Source: Candidatus Equimonas enterica (GTDB lineage Bacteria; Bacteroidota; Bacteroidia; Bacteroidales; Bacteroidaceae). From it: 51,608 nucleotides of DNA. A model generated the notes under the pieces. The model made no database searches. It was not told the origin of the DNA and worked only from the letters and a program-made list of their open reading frames with translations. The stretch spans positions 1-51,608 of the forward strand of contig JAGHRU010000052.1 in assembly GCA_018066225.1 (NCBI GenBank), written 5' to 3'. This document shows positions 50,291-51,608 of the stretch, piece after piece. How positions within the stretch are numbered: the first letter of the stretch is position 1; the number at the start of each line of letters is the position of its first letter. The translations under genes and the position numbers were made by a program.

Positions 50291-51385
50291 ATGACGAAGC
50301 ATCTCTCTGCTCTGCTCACGCTCTCTCTCTGCCTGCTCACGCTCTCTGCCCAGCGCACGCCTTCGCAGCCGCGTCAGGAGGTGGGTGGCGTGATGGAGGT
50401 GGTCTTCATCGACTCCCTCGTAGTGCCGCGCGCCGACTTGCTGAGCCACTTGCCGCTGACGCCCGAGGCTGGGCGTTTCTGCTACGCTCGCTCGGTGACG
50501 GGTCGTGCCGTCGCGGTGCCCGACAGTGCCCTGGCCTTTGTCACGGGCTTGGGCGACAGAGCCTATTTCGCTGCCGCCGACAGCCTCTCGCATCCCCGCC
50601 TCTGCGTAGCCTACCGCGAGGGTGGGGCATGGGGACAGCCCGAGCCGTTGCCTGGCCTCGACGCTCTGCCGTTTACGGCCATCGCTGCGCCTTTTCTCGA
50701 TGCCGAGGGGCAGACGCTCTATTTCGCTGCTGCCACCGATACGCTGTGCGCTGATTTCGATCTCTATGTCACGCGTTACGACCGTGATACGCGTGCCTTT
50801 GTCGCTCCCGAGCGGCTGCCGCAGCCTTTCCTTTCAGCGTCTCGCGACGAGGTCTTCGCCATCGACGAGCAGACGGCTGTGGGCTACTTCGTCACCAATC
50901 GGCGTCAGCCTGCCGACACGGTCTGCATCTACTATTTCGTGCCTGAGGCGTCTTTCGCGCTCTACGAGGAGGGCAGCCTCAGCGATGCCGCGTTGCTCTC
51001 GCGTGCCGCGCTGCGCAGACTCGCCGACACCCAGCCCCCGGGTTTCGATGCTGCCGCGCTCATGCAGCAGCGTGCTGCCGTGTTGCAGCGTACGCCCGAG
51101 GCAGCGCGCCCCACTTTTGTCATCAACGACGCCACCGTCTATCACGCGCTCAGCGATTTCCGCAGCCCACAGGCGCGCCGCATCGCCGCCCAGTGGCTGT
51201 CCGAGCAGCAGGCGTGTCGTGAGGCGGAGTGCCAACTCGCTGCACTTCGCCAGCAGTATGCCAGCGCGCCTGATGTGCCGACGGCCACCGCTATCCGTGA
51301 GGCCGAGCAACGCCTGCGCGCCATGAGGCAGACGCTCCGAGCCTTGGCCAAAAACATGCGTGCGGCCGAACTTAAATCTTTATAA
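50291..51385 (+). CDS. Conserved secreted protein with PD40/beta-propeller-like motifs and C-terminal coiled coil
   Basis: Signal peptide; PF..EGQTLYFAA..DLYVTRYD; YFVTNRRQP. Confidence 0.7.
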   Translation: MTKHLSALLTLSLCLLTLSAQRTPSQPRQEVGGVMEVVFIDSLVVPRADLLSHLPLTPEAGRFCYARSVTGRAVAVPDSALAFVTGLGDRAYFAAADSLSHPRLCVAYREGGAWGQPEPLPGLDALPFTAIAAPFLDAEGQTLYFAAATDTLCADFDLYVTRYDRDTRAFVAPERLPQPFLSASRDEVFAIDEQTAVGYFVTNRRQPADTVCIYYFVPEASFALYEEGSLSDAALLSRAALRRLADTQPPGFDAAALMQQRAAVLQRTPEAARPTFVINDATVYHALSDFRSPQARRIAAQWLSEQQACREAECQLAALRQQYASAPDVPTATAIREAEQRLRAMRQTLRALAKNMRAAELKSL

Positions 51386-51411
51386 CAGTACTTACTTAAT
51401 ACTTTTACGCT

Positions 51412-51608
51412 ATGCCTATACCATCGTCCGAACTCATCATCAACGAGGATGGCAGTATCTTCCACCTCCATGTCCTCCCGCAGTATTTGGCCGACAAGGT
51501 CATCCTCGTCGGCGACCCGGGGCGCGTAAGCCTCGTTAGCAGCCATTTCGATGCCGTGGAATACGAGGTTGAGAGCCGCGAGTTCCACACCGTGACTGGC
51601 ACCTACCG
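51412..51608 (+). CDS. Nucleoside (uridine-type) phosphorylase, 5' part (runs off window)
   Basis: MPIPSSELIINEDGSIFHLH...VILVGDPGRV...REFHTVTG. Confidence 0.9.
   Translation, partial: MPIPSSELIINEDGSIFHLHVLPQYLADKVILVGDPGRVSLVSSHFDAVEYEVESREFHTVTGTY

Noticed and set aside
50302-50350. (CT)n tracts and a duplicated CTGCTCACGCTCTCT as a phase-variation switch
   Set aside because: Tracts are short and explained by Leu/Ser codons in a signal peptide

Overview
Mostly core chromosome of a GC-rich Bacteroidales bacterium, probably Prevotellaceae (TAnnTTTG promoters, T9SS-type C-terminal signals, pyrG-yidC and lon-tgt-lptF/G gene order). All protein calls are from motif recognition by eye, not database searches. 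The window opens with a 5S rRNA and an AT-rich ~2 kb accessory patch. That patch holds remnants of Mu-like prophage head genes (a MuF C-terminal extension and two truncated virion morphogenesis gene starts). Each of the two gene-start copies is preceded by a tiny promoter-hairpin-polyU unit on the minus strand. This is my best candidate for an undescribed system: small RNAs that may neutralise MuF C-terminal toxins, retained as a tandem array. Other unusual points are a citD-citE-citF-(citX-citC-citG fusion)-YbhJ-like hydratase-icd operon with no citrate synthase or transporter, a 22-bp-period palindromic repeat family in five intergenic regions, a Lon lacking its protease domain, a HisC homologue lacking the PLP lysine, and a frameshift in pheT that is probably an artefact.
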